Shown here piece after piece: positions 56,701 through 64,000 of a stretch of DNA of 64,000 nt. A model generated the notes under the pieces. The model saw only the letters and a program-made list of their open reading frames with translations. It was not told the origin of the DNA and made no database searches. The DNA comes from Malacoraja senta (taxonomy: Eukaryota). The DNA lies in the NCBI GenBank assembly GCA_038087875.1, contig CM075995.1, positions 9,734,001 through 9,798,000 of the forward strand. Direction: 5' to 3'. A program made the translations under genes and the position numbers. Positions within the stretch are counted from its first letter, which is position 1; every line of letters begins with the position of its first letter.

Positions 56701-58932
56701 TGCAGGATAGATACAAAAAGCTGGAGTAACTCAGCAGGACAGGCAGCATCTCTGGGGAGAAGGAATGGGTGACGTTTCGGTTCGAGACCCTTCTTCAGAC
56801 TGGTTTGGGATAAGGGAAATGAGAGATATAGACAGTGATGTGGAGAAATAAAGAAAAATGAATGAAAGATATGCAAAAAAGTAACGATGATAAAGGGAAC
56901 AGGCCATTGTAAGCTGTTTGTTGGGTGAAAATGAGAAGCTAGTGCAACTTGGGTGGGGGAGGGATAAAGAGAGGGAATGCCGGGTCTACCTGAAGTGAGA
57001 GAAATCAATATTCATACCACTGGGCTGTAAGCTGCCCAAGCAAAATATGAGATGCTGTTCCTCCAATTTGCGTTTAGCCTCACTCTGACAATGGAGGAGA
57101 CCGAGGACAGAAAGGTCTGTGTAGGAATGGGAAGGAGAATTAAAGTGTCCGGCAACCGGGAGATCAGGTTGGTTCACTCGGGCTGAGCGAAGGTGTTCTG
57201 CACAACGATCGCTTGGTCTCACCGATGTATAAAAGTCCACATCTTGAATAACGGATACAGTAGATGGGGTTGGAGGAGGTGCAAGTGAACCTCTGCCTAA
57301 TCTGAAAGGACTGTTGGGGTCCGTGGACAGAGTCGAGGGGAGGAGGTATAGGGACAGGAGTGAGATTAAGGCCTGGTGATCGTCTGTGGGCTCATAGTCC
57401 AAGGATAAGTAGGAGGAGGTGTCTGAGAGTTGTCGCCTGGCCTCAGCCCGGTAGGGGTCAGCGCGCCAGACATCCACAGCACCTCCCTTGATTATAATGC
57501 CAGGGTTGCTGCACAGTGGAGTGGAGAGCTGTACGTTCAGAGGGGGTGAGGTTAGAGTAGGTGAGGGGACTGGAAAAGTTGAGACGGTTGATGTCACGCC
57601 GGCAGTTAAAAATAAAGAGGTCTAGAGAGGGTAGAAAGTCGTTCTGGGGAGTCGTTGAGGTGGGGGCGGAGGGAACGAAGGTGAAGCCTCTGTTGAGGAC
57701 AGACCGTTCCGTATCAGAATGGGGGAAGTCAGGGGGGATGGTGAAGGCCGAGGCGAGATCTGGTGGGGGTGGTGGGTGTTCAGAGAGATGGGGGGGGGGG
57801 GGGGGGGAGGGGCATGAGGACTATTGTATGTGGGGAGAAATTGCAGGAGCCCTGGCTGGATGTATGTCTAATTGTTGGACAGGTGAGGTGCCGGAGGGCT
57901 GACTGCTGCCCCTTTATGTAAGAAGGGCTGCAAGGATGCACCCAGTGAGCCTGTCAGAGGCAGTGCAAACATTACCAGAGGGGGTTCTGCAAAAGGGGGC
58001 AACTCCGTTGGGAATGGGAGACTTGATGGGGGGGGGGGGGGGTAGTCAACATGGCTGTGTCTGGTACGTTGGGACAGTGCCGGGTCCAGTTCTATTCATT
58101 ATATTAACAATTTGGGCAAGAATGTCGGTGGCACCGTTAGTAAGTTTGCAGATACCATGAACGTTGGTAGTATTGGTTTTCCAAGATTACAACAGGATCT
58201 TGATCAACTGGCAGATTGATGTGAGGTGTGGAGTGTTGACAGGACCTGCGCAGTAATGTCAGAGCCCTGGGGAATGTTGTTGGACAGAGAGACTCGGGAA
58301 TGCAGGGAAGTGGTGAAACCACACTTGCAACTACATTTCACACTTCTGGTCTCCCAGCTCCAGGAAGGATGTCATTAAACTGGGAAGAGTGCAAAAAGAT
58401 TCACACGGAGCTGACCGGGTGTGGAGAGAAGTTGGATAGGCTGGGACTCGCATTCCTGGAGCGTACATGAGGGGTGACTCTTTGAGAGGTGTAGAAGATC
58501 ATGAGGGCCACAGAGGAGATGGATGGCCACGGGCTTGAAACTAGAGGGCATGAGTTTCAGACGAGAGAGAGAGATTCACAAGAGCCCCGAGGGACACATG
58601 TTTCTGACCCGAGGGAGGTGGTTATGTGGAACGAGGCCCCCAGAGGAAGTAGCTGAGGGGGCTACAAACTTTAACTGACATTTGGACAGGTGCATGGATT
58701 GGAAGGTTTAGAGGGATGTGGGTCAAATGTGGGCACAAGCCTCTGGGTCAGCAAGAAGAGATGGGCCGAAAGGCCTGCTTCCATGCAGTCTGACGATGAC
58801 AAACCTCTCAAATTCGGTACGTAGCACTCTCTCCCTCTCCAAGATTGAAACGTGAAGCTTGCCCCACTCCTTCTCCACATCAAAGGGGTGATAGCCAGGG
58901 GCGACCTTCAGCTGGCCCTCTTGTACAGCACC
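1..58932 (-). CDS. PLEC: Plectin gene, partial multi-exon model (exon 11-32 equivalents); 5' exons and 3' end lie outside the window
   Basis: Spliced translation is collinear with plectin as I recall it: [66 protein letters not shown]3 [37 protein letters not shown], rod [33 protein letters not shown]. All introns are GT-AG. Phases chain correctly except at the defects listed under findings. Confidence 0.97.
9207..9923 (-). other. PRD1, first (non-homogenised) plakin repeat domain
   Basis: [58 protein letters not shown]-like motifs; clearly divergent at the nucleotide level from the downstream units. Confidence 0.9.
10650..11420 (+). mobile_element. Old, degraded CR1-like LINE fragments
   Basis: Remnants of KSPGPD (cctagggcctgataggatctatccc), PLFKKG and NYRPVSLTS motifs. 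Confidence 0.6.
11591..12148 (+). mobile_element. Penelope-like fragment with inverted pseudo-LTR at its 5' end
   Basis: The EN-tail remnant ([19 protein letters not shown]) matches 46570-46690. 11625-11725 is the reverse complement of ~12045-12147. Flanks are imperfect direct repeats ctggacttt(c)cacgtg. Confidence 0.8.
12265..13460 (+). mobile_element. Degraded CR1-like LINE (AP-endonuclease region)
   Basis: DIIAITETW remnant, [19 protein letters not shown] motifs. Confidence 0.75.
13475..14680 (-). mobile_element. Degraded CR1-like LINE fragments interrupted by (GT)n/(TA)n and an N gap (13955-14111)
   Basis: Similarity to the RT and 3' segments of other CR1 copies in the window. Confidence 0.55.
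14680..15025 (+). mobile_element. Penelope-like 3' pseudo-LTR fragment
   Basis: cagtctgaagaagggtctcgaccc...gatgctgcc...ccagcatctgcagttcct, the same family terminus as 46841-46970. Confidence 0.75.
15078..15590 (+). mobile_element. CR1-like LINE 3' end
   Basis: [50 protein letters not shown]; tail gggccgaat..ctactcctgcacct..tctatg. Confidence 0.9.
15694..19053 (-). CDS. PLEC: PLEC exon 31-equivalent, coiled-coil rod (3360 bp, 1120 aa, phase 0-0)
   Basis: ORF 15673..19038; tctttag|GAA GCT GCT GAG ... AAG GAG|gtag; collinear with the plectin rod; branch-point-like CACTAAC at 19078-19084. Confidence 0.97.
19061..19470. repeat. Compound repeat upstream of the rod-exon acceptor: three ~80-95-bp blocks plus a 16-bp minisatellite (gtgaggggcagggcca)
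   Basis: Recurring gtggaagagat..gaccccgttcacca(a/t)cacac blocks; 16-mer tandem at ~19260-19408. Confidence 0.85.
19995..21740. repeat. C-rich and CA-rich low-complexity/minisatellite tracts with a CR1 3' end (21100-21285, +) and an N gap (21378-21625)
   Basis: Direct inspection: cactcacaccaatgct and actgacccacacac units; gtggaattctctgcctcag...cctattgtctattg. Confidence 0.75.
21910..22097 (+). mobile_element. Probable LINE/SINE 3' tail ending in AATAAA and (ATT)n
   Basis: AT-rich island gtccttgag..aaggcgcc.taaataaaatccattattattattatt interrupting a minisatellite. Confidence 0.45.
22098..22455. repeat. ~21-bp minisatellite (actgccagtgaccactacacag-like)
   Basis: Direct tandem copies just downstream of the exon 30 donor. 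Confidence 0.9.
22481..22579 (-). CDS. PLEC: PLEC exon 30-equivalent (99 bp), [33 protein letters not shown]
   Basis: ttgcag|GTT ... GAG|gtgagg. Confidence 0.95.
22588..22990. repeat. 24-bp minisatellite (agagcgcagaacaggctgggtgtag-like)
   Basis: Direct tandem copies abutting the exon 30 acceptor. Confidence 0.9.
23306..23410 (-). CDS. PLEC: PLEC exon 29-equivalent (105 bp), [35 protein letters not shown]
   Basis: atttcag|GAC ... GAG|gtggg. Confidence 0.95.
23445..24530. repeat. Degenerate GT-rich microsatellite field
   Basis: (GT)n and gtgtgcatcagtgtgc units. Confidence 0.9.
24530..26660 (-). mobile_element. CR1-like LINE (RT region), interrupted by a MITE
   Basis: [62 protein letters not shown]. 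Confidence 0.93.
25673..26443. mobile_element. Non-autonomous DNA transposon (MITE), PIF/Harbinger-like
   Basis: TIRs t(a/g)ggcctgtcccacttagg / cctaagtgggacaggccca; TAA duplication at 25670-25672 and 26444-26446; the empty site gatgtaaggctaact is seen in the CR1 copy at ~61216. Confidence 0.85.
26749..26832 (-). CDS. PLEC: PLEC exon 28-equivalent (84 bp), [28 protein letters not shown]
   Basis: ttttgtag|AAA ... AAG|gtaaac. Confidence 0.95.
27232..27588 (-). CDS. PLEC: PLEC exon 27-equivalent (357 bp), [14 protein letters not shown]...[14 protein letters not shown]...QQEQ
   Basis: tttgtccag|GGC ... CAG|gtgtgg. Confidence 0.95.
27686..27812 (-). mobile_element. Solo Penelope-like pseudo-LTR fragment
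   Basis: aagaactgc..aaaatgctggagtaactcagcggg..gacgtttcgggtcga..ttcttcagactga. Confidence 0.8.
27830..29243 (-). mobile_element. Degraded CR1-like LINE
   Basis: [50 protein letters not shown]. Confidence 0.9.
29245..29570. repeat. Minisatellite (gggtacgttgggcagcgta / gggtacgttgggg)
   Basis: Tandem copies; the same motif recurs at 27642-27680. Confidence 0.85.
30248..30386 (-). CDS. PLEC: PLEC exon 26-equivalent (139 bp), [46 protein letters not shown]
   Basis: ctgcag|G CTG ... AAG|gtggg; begins in phase 2. Confidence 0.93.
30570..31700 (+). mobile_element. CR1-like LINE (RT to 3' end, internally deleted)
   Basis: ORFs 30657..30932 and 30958..31434 with [23 protein letters not shown]. Confidence 0.93.
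31705..33265. repeat. CpG-rich 27/33-bp minisatellite (ggacacgtgaggtgtgac[ggtgac]ggtacacgc)
   Basis: Roughly 50 tandem units by length. Confidence 0.95.
33737..33894 (-). CDS. PLEC: PLEC exon 24-equivalent (158 bp), [36 protein letters not shown]...RDQQ
   Basis: ctgcag|GT GAG ... CAG|gtggg. Confidence 0.93.
33920..34800. repeat. Two adjacent minisatellites: ccccaacatctgcc.. (33920-34350) and 21-bp cgccccgtgtacatgaccccc (34425-34800)
   Basis: Direct inspection. Confidence 0.9.
34816..34999 (-). CDS. PLEC: PLEC exon 23-equivalent (184 bp), [30 protein letters not shown]...LHSLEK
   Basis: caacag|TTC ... AAA G|gtggg. Confidence 0.94.
35180..35243 (-). pseudogene. Duplicated 3' half of exon 22 ([21 protein letters not shown]) with intact donor and no acceptor
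   Basis: 63 coding nt match 41413-41475 with 5 differences, followed by gtgagtcaaccc versus gtgagtctaccc in the parent. Confidence 0.85.
35250..41400. repeat. 6.1-kb G-rich purine minisatellite (G5-9 AGAGGGGACA, ~16-18-bp unit)
   Basis: Direct inspection; source of the spurious Pro-rich and Gly-rich ORFs. Confidence 0.97.
41413..41540 (-). CDS. PLEC: PLEC exon 22-equivalent, [42 protein letters not shown]; carries an apparent +1 frameshift at 41523-41525
   Basis: gttacag|A TTG ... CTG|gtgagt. The exon is 128 bp where flanking phases need 3n+1 (127). Removing one C from CACCCAG restores the plectin-like translation. Confidence 0.88.
41640..42320. repeat. GT-rich degenerate repeat
   Basis: gtgtgagtgtg and gggtgcaata units. 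Confidence 0.8.
42324..42478 (-). CDS. PLEC: PLEC exon 21-equivalent (155 bp), SH3: [11 protein letters not shown]...[21 protein letters not shown]
   Basis: ccccag|ATC ... CAC AG|gtcag. Confidence 0.95.
42670..42822 (-). CDS. PLEC: PLEC exon 20-equivalent (153 bp), [13 protein letters not shown]...[11 protein letters not shown] (start of SH3)
   Basis: ccctcag|GGG ... GAG|gtgagg. Confidence 0.95.
43100..44075. repeat. ~18-bp G-rich minisatellite (gtggggagagtgcggggt)
   Basis: Direct tandem copies just downstream of the exon 19 donor. Confidence 0.93.
44094..44219 (-). CDS. PLEC: PLEC exon 19-equivalent (126 bp), [42 protein letters not shown]
   Basis: ctccag|TAC ... ATT|gtaag. Confidence 0.95.
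44862..48488 (+). mobile_element. Tc1/mariner transposon, IR/DR type, defective
   Basis: ~200-bp TIRs, each with two direct repeats ccataatgtttgggaca; right end ggcactg|TA. Broken transposase at ~47205-48233 with [15 protein letters not shown] and [12 protein letters not shown]. The left terminal cagtgcc is missing. Confidence 0.93.
44998..46973 (+). mobile_element. Penelope-like retroelement (Neptune-type), 5'-truncated and internally deleted, nested in the Tc1 left TIR
   Basis: RT N-terminus [12 protein letters not shown] and [19 protein letters not shown]; Cys-rich linker; GIY-YIG nuclease [23 protein letters not shown]; 12-bp duplication ccatttttatac at 44986-44997 and 46974-46985. Confidence 0.93.
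48969..49064 (-). CDS. PLEC: PLEC exon 18-equivalent (96 bp), [32 protein letters not shown]
   Basis: tgttag|GCC ... CAG|gtac. Confidence 0.95.
49686..49790 (-). CDS. PLEC: PLEC exon 17-equivalent (105 bp), [35 protein letters not shown]
   Basis: gttacag|GGG ... GAC|gtaag. Confidence 0.94.
49793..50110. repeat. 20-bp minisatellite (acacatggattagtgtgaac); degenerate copies continue to ~50700
   Basis: About 15 tandem copies abutting the exon 17 acceptor. Confidence 0.92.
50352..50449 (-). mobile_element. Penelope-like pseudo-LTR fragment
   Basis: aaggtagacacaaaatgttggagtaactcag...ccttcttcagac. Confidence 0.75.
50968..51129 (-). CDS. PLEC: PLEC exon 16-equivalent (162 bp), [13 protein letters not shown]...[16 protein letters not shown]
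   Basis: gtgcag|AAC ... TCG|gtgag. Confidence 0.95.
51441..51518 (-). CDS. PLEC: PLEC exon 15-equivalent (78 bp), [26 protein letters not shown]
   Basis: ttctccttgcag|CCT ... CTG|gtgagt. Confidence 0.93.
51938..52259 (-). CDS. PLEC: PLEC exon 14-equivalent (322 bp), [15 protein letters not shown]...[25 protein letters not shown]
   Basis: tggcag|G GTA ... GAG|gtgagg. Confidence 0.94.
52297..53880 (-). mobile_element. CR1-like LINE, 5'-truncated, relatively young
   Basis: ORFs 53153..53998, 52657..53319 and 52389..52652 with RT motifs; (ttctatgt)n-type tail at 52297-52315. Confidence 0.95.
53960..54783 (+). mobile_element. Probable solo LTR inserted into a minisatellite
   Basis: AT-richer ~820-bp island splitting a cacaagccccgacacaac array; 22-bp triple repeat at ~54400-54467; TATAAAA at 54513; AATAAA at 54685; ends in ..atCA. 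The 5' TG is not intact. Confidence 0.45.
54784..55010. repeat. Minisatellite cacaag(cc)ccgacacaac (also at 53890-53955)
   Basis: Direct inspection. Confidence 0.85.
55178..55332 (-). CDS. PLEC: PLEC exon 13-equivalent (155 bp), DVRLVKGGK...[21 protein letters not shown]
   Basis: ccacag|GAT ... CGC AG|gtggg. Confidence 0.94.
55380..55640. repeat. ~27-bp minisatellite ccccccacatcattccccatcactcgt
   Basis: Direct inspection. Confidence 0.85.
55700..56324 (+). mobile_element. CR1-like LINE 3' end
   Basis: [29 protein letters not shown]...; tail cctattgtctattg. Confidence 0.93.
56331..56424 (-). CDS. PLEC: PLEC exon 12-equivalent (94 bp), [31 protein letters not shown]
   Basis: tcacag|G TCG ... 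GCT|gtgagt; phase 2 to 0; aligns with plectin LECLQRIVTKLQMEAGLCEEQLNQADALLQS. Confidence 0.9.
56450..56625. repeat. Short minisatellite gggtctgtctacacagggagacag
   Basis: Four copies upstream of the exon 12 acceptor. Confidence 0.75.
56705..57790 (-). mobile_element. Penelope-like retroelement, internally deleted
   Basis: ORF 56986..57597: [45 protein letters not shown]; pseudo-LTR at 56705-56805. Confidence 0.88.
57890..58790 (+). mobile_element. Old degraded CR1-like LINE
   Basis: Remnants of SKFAD (agtaagtttgcaga), FWSP..RKDVIKL..VQKRFT, TRGH and the 3' gggccgaaaggcctg motif. Confidence 0.6.
58805..58932 (-). CDS. PLEC: PLEC exon 11-equivalent (128 bp), [43 protein letters not shown]
   Basis: tatttcag|GGT ... 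GAG AG|gttt; phase 0 to 2. Confidence 0.93.
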
Positions 58933-59119
58933 CTGAAATAGTGGCACACAGGACGGGTCAACGGCATCAACACCCTGACCATTCCCTGAACACAGCATGG
59001 GGCGGGCAATGGCAATGAGACCCTGACCTTGAACACAAGACAACGGGATCAAGATCCTGACCGTTACCCAAAACACCCGGGGAGTCAACGGGCATTGAAA
59101 TCAAATCATTCAGAGGGGA

Positions 59120-62100
59120 GGTCATAAGAGATAGGAGTAGAATTAGACCATTCAGCCCATCTAGTCTACTCCGCCATTCAATCATGGCTGATCTATCTCT
59201 CCCTCCTAACCCCATTCTCCTGCCTTCTCCCCATAACCTCAGACACCCGCACTAATCAAGAATCTATCTATCTCTGCCTCAAATATATCCACTGATGGCC
59301 TCCGCAACCTTCTGTGGTAAACAATTTCATAGATTCACCACCCTCTGACTGAAGAAATTTCCCTCATCTCCTTCCTAAAAGAACGTCCTTTAATTCTGAG
59401 GCTATGACCTCTAGTCCTCGACTCTCCCATTAGTGGAAACATCCTCTCCACATCCACTATATCCAAGCCTTTCACTATTCTCTATGTCTCAATGAGGTCC
59501 CCCCTCATTCTTCTAAATCCAGCGAGTACAGGCCCAGTGCCGACAACACTCACCATAGGTTAATCTACTCATTCCTGGGATCATTCTTGTAAACCTCCTC
59601 TGGACCCTCTCCAGAGCCAGCACATCCTTCCTCAATATTTCAAATGTGGCCTTACCAGTGCCTTATAGAGCTTCAGCATTACATCCCTGTTTTTGTATAC
59701 AAGCCCTCTTGAAATAAAAGCTAACATTGAGTTTGCTTTCTTTACTACTGATTCGACTTGCAGATTAACTTTTTGGGATTAGAAACATAGAAAATAGGTG
59801 TAGGAGTTAGCACCGCCATTCAATATGATCATGGCTGATCATCCAAAAGCTTTTCCTGCTTTTTCCCATATCCTTTTATTCCCTTAGCACTAAGAGCTAA
59901 ATCTAACTCTCTCTTGAAAACATCCAGTGAATTGGCCTCCACTGCCTTCAGTGGCAGAGATTCCACAGATTCGCAACTCTCTGGGTGAAAAAGTGTTTCC
60001 TCATCTCAGTCCTAAATGGCCTACCCCTTATTCTTAATCTGTGACCCCTGGTTCTGGACTCACCCAACATCGGGGACATTTTTCCTGCATCTACCCTTGT
60101 CCAATCCTTTAAAAGTTTTAAATGTTTCTAAAAGATCCCATCTCATCCTTCTAAATTCCAACAAATACAAGCCCAGTCAACCCATTCTTTCATCATACGT
60201 CAGTCCCGCCATCCCGGGAATTAACCTGGTGAACCTACGCTGCATGTACACAAAAATAAATAATGTCCTTCCTCAATTAGGAGACTGAAATTGCACACAA
60301 TACTCCAGGTGCACCTAACACAAATCCTCTCGCTAAGAAGGCCAACATAGCACATACTTTCTTCACTGCCTGCTGTACATGCATGCTTACTTTCAGTGAC
60401 TGATGTACAAGCACACACAAGTCTCTTTGCACCTCCCCTTTTCCTAATCTGACACCATTCAGATAATTCAGTCTGAAGAAGGGTTTCGACCCGAAACGTT
60501 GCCTATTTCCTTCGCTCCATAGATGCTGCCTCACCCGCTGAGTTTCTCCAGCATTTTTGTCTACCTTCGATTTTCCAGCATCTGCAGTTCCATTCAGATA
60601 ATAATCTGTCTTCCTGTTCTTGCCACCAAAGTGGATAACCTCACATTTATCAACATTATATTGCATCTGCCAAGCATCTGCCCACTCACCAACCTATCCA
60701 GTCACCCTGCAGCCTCATAGCATCCTCCTCACAACTCACACTTCCACACAGCTTTGTGTCATCCGCAAACTTAGAGATGTTACATTTAATTCCCTCGTCT
60801 AAATCGTTAATAATATATTGTAAATAACTGGGGTCCCAACACCGAGCCTTGCGGCACCCCTCTAGTCACTGCCTGCCATTCTGAAAAGGACCCGTTAATT
60901 CCTACTCTTTGCTTTCTGTCTGCCAACTAGTTCTCTATCCATGTCAATACCCTACCCCCAATACCATGTGCTCTAATTTTGCACACTAATCTTTTGTGGG
61001 ACCTTATCAAAGGCTTTTTGAAAGTCCAGATACACCACATCCACTGGCTCTCCCTTATCCATTCTACTTGTTCCATCCTCAAAAAATTCCAGAAGATTAG
61101 TCAAGCATGATTTCCCCTTCATAAATCTATGCTGACTTTGACCGATCCTGTCACTGCTTTCCAAATGTGCTGCTATTAAATCTTTAATTTCGACTCAAGC
61201 ATCTTCCCCACTACCGATGTAAGGCTAACTGGTCTATAATTCTGTTTTCTCTCTCTCCTTTCTTAAATAGCGGAGTTACATTAGCTACCCTCCAGACCAC
61301 TGGAACTGATCCAGTCTATAGAACATTGGAAAATGATCACCAATGCATCCACAGTAGACAAAAATGCTGGAGAAACTCAGCGATTGAGGCAGCATGTATG
61401 GAGCGAAGGAAATAGGCAACGTTTCAAGTCAAGACCCTTCCTCAGACTCAGATCCTTCCTCTTCCAGCATCTGTAGTTCCCTCTTAACCAATGCATCCAC
61501 GATTTCTAGGGCCACTTCCTTGAGTACTCTGGGATGCAGACCATCAGGCCCTGGGGATTTATCTGCCTTCAGTCCCATCAGTTTACCTAACACCATTTCC
61601 TGACTAACGTGGATTCCCTTCAGTTCCTTCTTCCCACTGGATCCACGGTCCCCTAGTATTTCTGGGAGATTGTTTGTGTCTTCCTTAGTGAAGACAGAAC
61701 CAAAATACTTGTTTAACTGTTCTTCCATGTCCTTGTTTCCCATATAAATTCCACCTGTCTCCGATTGTAAGGGACCTACATTTGTCTTCACTAATCGTTT
61801 CCTTTTTACATATCTGAAGAAGCTTTCACATTACCCGCAAGCTTTCTTTCATGCCCTTTTCCCCCCCTCTTAATTAACCCCTTTGTCCTCCTCTGTTGAG
61901 TTCTAAATTTCTCCCAGTCCTCTGGTTTGCCGCTTCTTCTGGCCAATTTATATGCCTCTTCCTTGGATTTAATACTATCCTTGATTTCCCTCGTTGAACC
62001 ACCTTACCAGTTATATTTTTTCACCAGACAGGGATGAACAATTTCTGGAGTTCATCCATGCGGTCTTTAAATCTTCACCATTGCATCTCCACTGTCAACC

Positions 62101-63600
62101 CTTTATACTTAAATTTGCCAATCTATCCTAGCCAATTCCCATCTCATACCTTCGAAGTCTCCTTTCTTTAAGTTCAGGACCGTCGTCTCTGAATTAACTG
62201 TGTCACTCTCCATCCTAATGCAGAATTCCACCATATTATGGTCACTGTTGACCAAGGGGTTTTTGCACAACAAGATCGCTAACTAATCCTTCCTCCATTA
62301 CACAATACCCTGTCTAGGGTGGCATGTCCTCTAGTCAGTTCTTCTACATATTGGTTTAAAAAAACATCCCGTATACATCCCAGGAAATCCTCCTCCACTG
62401 TTACCAATTTCGTTGGCCCAATCTATATGTAGATTAAAGTCACCCTTGATAACTGCTGTACCTTTGCTGCACACATCCCTAATTTCCTGCTTGGTGCTAA
62501 CCCCAACCTCCCTACTGCTGTTTGGTGGTCTGCACCATCACTTTGCATCTCCGATTTCTGGATTCTCTCCCTATTTAAAAAATAGTCTCCGCCTTTATTC
62601 CTACGACCAAAATGCATAACTCCACACTTTGCTACTCTATATTCCATCTATCAATTCTCTGCCCACTCTCTCAACCTGTCCAAGTCCTTCTGCAGAGTCC
62701 CTGCTGCCTCCACACTACCTGCCCTTCCATCTATTTTCGTATCATCCGCAAACTTGGCCTCAAAGCCTTTAATCCCCTCGTCCAAATCATAAAGTTACAA
62801 CGTGAAGAGCAGTGGCCCCAGCACTTAGCCCTGCGGAACTCCGCTAGTCACTGGCAGCCAACCAGAAAAGCCCCCTTTATTGCCACTCTTTTCCTTCTGT
62901 CATCCAGCCAACCTGATATCCATGCTAGTATCTGCCCTTTGATACCATGGGCTCTCATCTTCCTGAGCAGCCTCACGTGTGACACCTTATCAAAGGCTTT
63001 TGAAAATCTAAGTAAACAACATCTACTGACTCTCCTTTGCCTGTCGTGCTATTTACTTCTTCAAAGAATTCCAGCAAATTTGTCAAGCAAGACCTCCCCT
63101 TCACATAGCCTTGCTGACTTCAGCCTATTTTATAGTGAACTTCTAAGTACTCTGCAACCTCATCCTTTATAATGAACTCTAAAATATTACCAACCACTGA
63201 AGTCAGACTAACCAGCCTAAACTTCCCTTTATTCTGCTTTGCTCCCTTCTTGTGCATGGGTAATATTGGCTATTTTCCAATCATCTGTGACCTGTCCTGA
63301 AATATCACCATTAATTCCTCCACAATCTCTAAAACCACCTCTTTCACCCTTGTGTGCAGTCCATCCGGTCCAGGTGACGTATCCATCTTCAGCCCTTTCA
63401 GCTTCCCAAGCTTCCCTTCTCCCTAGTAATAGCCACCCCCTGACTCGCTTGAATTTCAGGCGTGTTGTTGGTGTCTTGCACCATGAAGACTGATGCAAAA
63501 AAGTTATTCAACCCCTCTGCCATTTCTTTATTCCCCATTTTCACTTCTCCTGCATCATTCTCCAGCGGAACACACTTGCCTCTTTCTTACACTTTATATA
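59120..63600 (-). mobile_element. Cluster of at least three CR1-like LINE pieces (59120-59775, 59780-62530, 62530-63600) with two nested Penelope termini
   Basis: RT/EN motifs ([29 protein letters not shown]). Nested inserts: 60468-60589 (duplication ccattcagataat) and 61353-61486 (duplication accaatgcatccac). Confidence 0.9.
60468..60504 (+). ncRNA. Minimal hammerhead-ribozyme-like motif in a Penelope pseudo-LTR (best-conserved stem II of 9 copies)
   Basis: CUGAAGA-A-GGGU(UUCG)ACCC-GAAA-CGUU; minimal hammerheads are a known feature of Penelope-like elements; stem I is only ~2 bp. Confidence 0.6.
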
Positions 63601-64000
63601 ACTGATGCTGGGGACAATGTCTCTGTCCCAGGAGGATGTGTGCGTGGGACGTGGGGGGAGTGTGTGTGTGTGTGTGTGTGGGGGGGGGGGGGGGAGGGAA
63701 GCCTGTGGGGAAGGGGGGGGAGTGTGTGTGTGTGTGGGGGGGAGGGAAGCCTGTGGGGAAGGGGGGGAAGTGTGGGAGGGGGGGGTAGTGTGTGTGTGGG
63801 AGGGGGGGTAGTGTGTGGTGTGTGTGTGGGAGGGGGGGGTAGNNNNNNNNNNNNNNNNNNNNNNNNNNNNNNNNNNNNNNNNNNNNNNNNNNNNNNNNNN
63901 NNNNNNNNNNNNNNNNNNNNNNNNNNNNNNNNNNNNNNNNNNNNNNNNNNNNNNNNNNNNNNNNNNNNNNNNGTTTCCCCGCAAGGCTATGGACCATACT

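Noticed and set aside
1-58932. Calling the gene a pseudogene
   Set aside because: Only two 1-bp indels, both explicable as C-run errors, and one exon missing at a gap. Against this stand intact splice sites and thousands of open codons. Read data are needed to be certain.
13556-63997. ORFs containing X runs
   Set aside because: They span assembly gaps (13955-14111, 21378-21625, 33463-33662, 63843-63972) and microsatellites.

Overview
Vertebrate genomic DNA, most likely a cartilaginous fish such as a skate or ray. That assignment is inferred from the CR1, Neptune-Penelope and Tc1 repeat content and the GC-rich, minisatellite-laden introns. The whole window lies inside one minus-strand plectin (PLEC) gene. 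I traced 21 exons with canonical AG/GT boundaries, equivalent to human exons 11-24 and 26-32 (numbered back from rod exon = 31). They encode the plakin domain (spectrin repeats + SH3), the 3360-bp rod exon and the start of the terminal exon. The main finding is in the terminal exon. Instead of the 6 plakin repeat domains (PRDs) of mammalian plectin, it holds one divergent PRD followed by at least 10 near-identical 981/987-bp units, giving 11 or more PRDs. These lie in a frame that stays open for about 3450 codons and runs off the window edge, which is why the ORF track does not list it. The array has two periodicities: PRD cores are homogenised every ~984 bp, while the PRD tail plus linker alternates between two types every 1968 bp. 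The gene model also shows two 1-bp frameshifts (probably homopolymer errors), one exon missing at an N-gap, and a duplicated half-exon separated from its parent by a 6.1-kb G-rich tract. Introns contain CR1 LINEs, a nested CR1>Tc1>Penelope stack, a Harbinger-type MITE, a probable solo LTR, nine hammerhead-ribozyme-like Penelope termini and many exon-flanking minisatellites.
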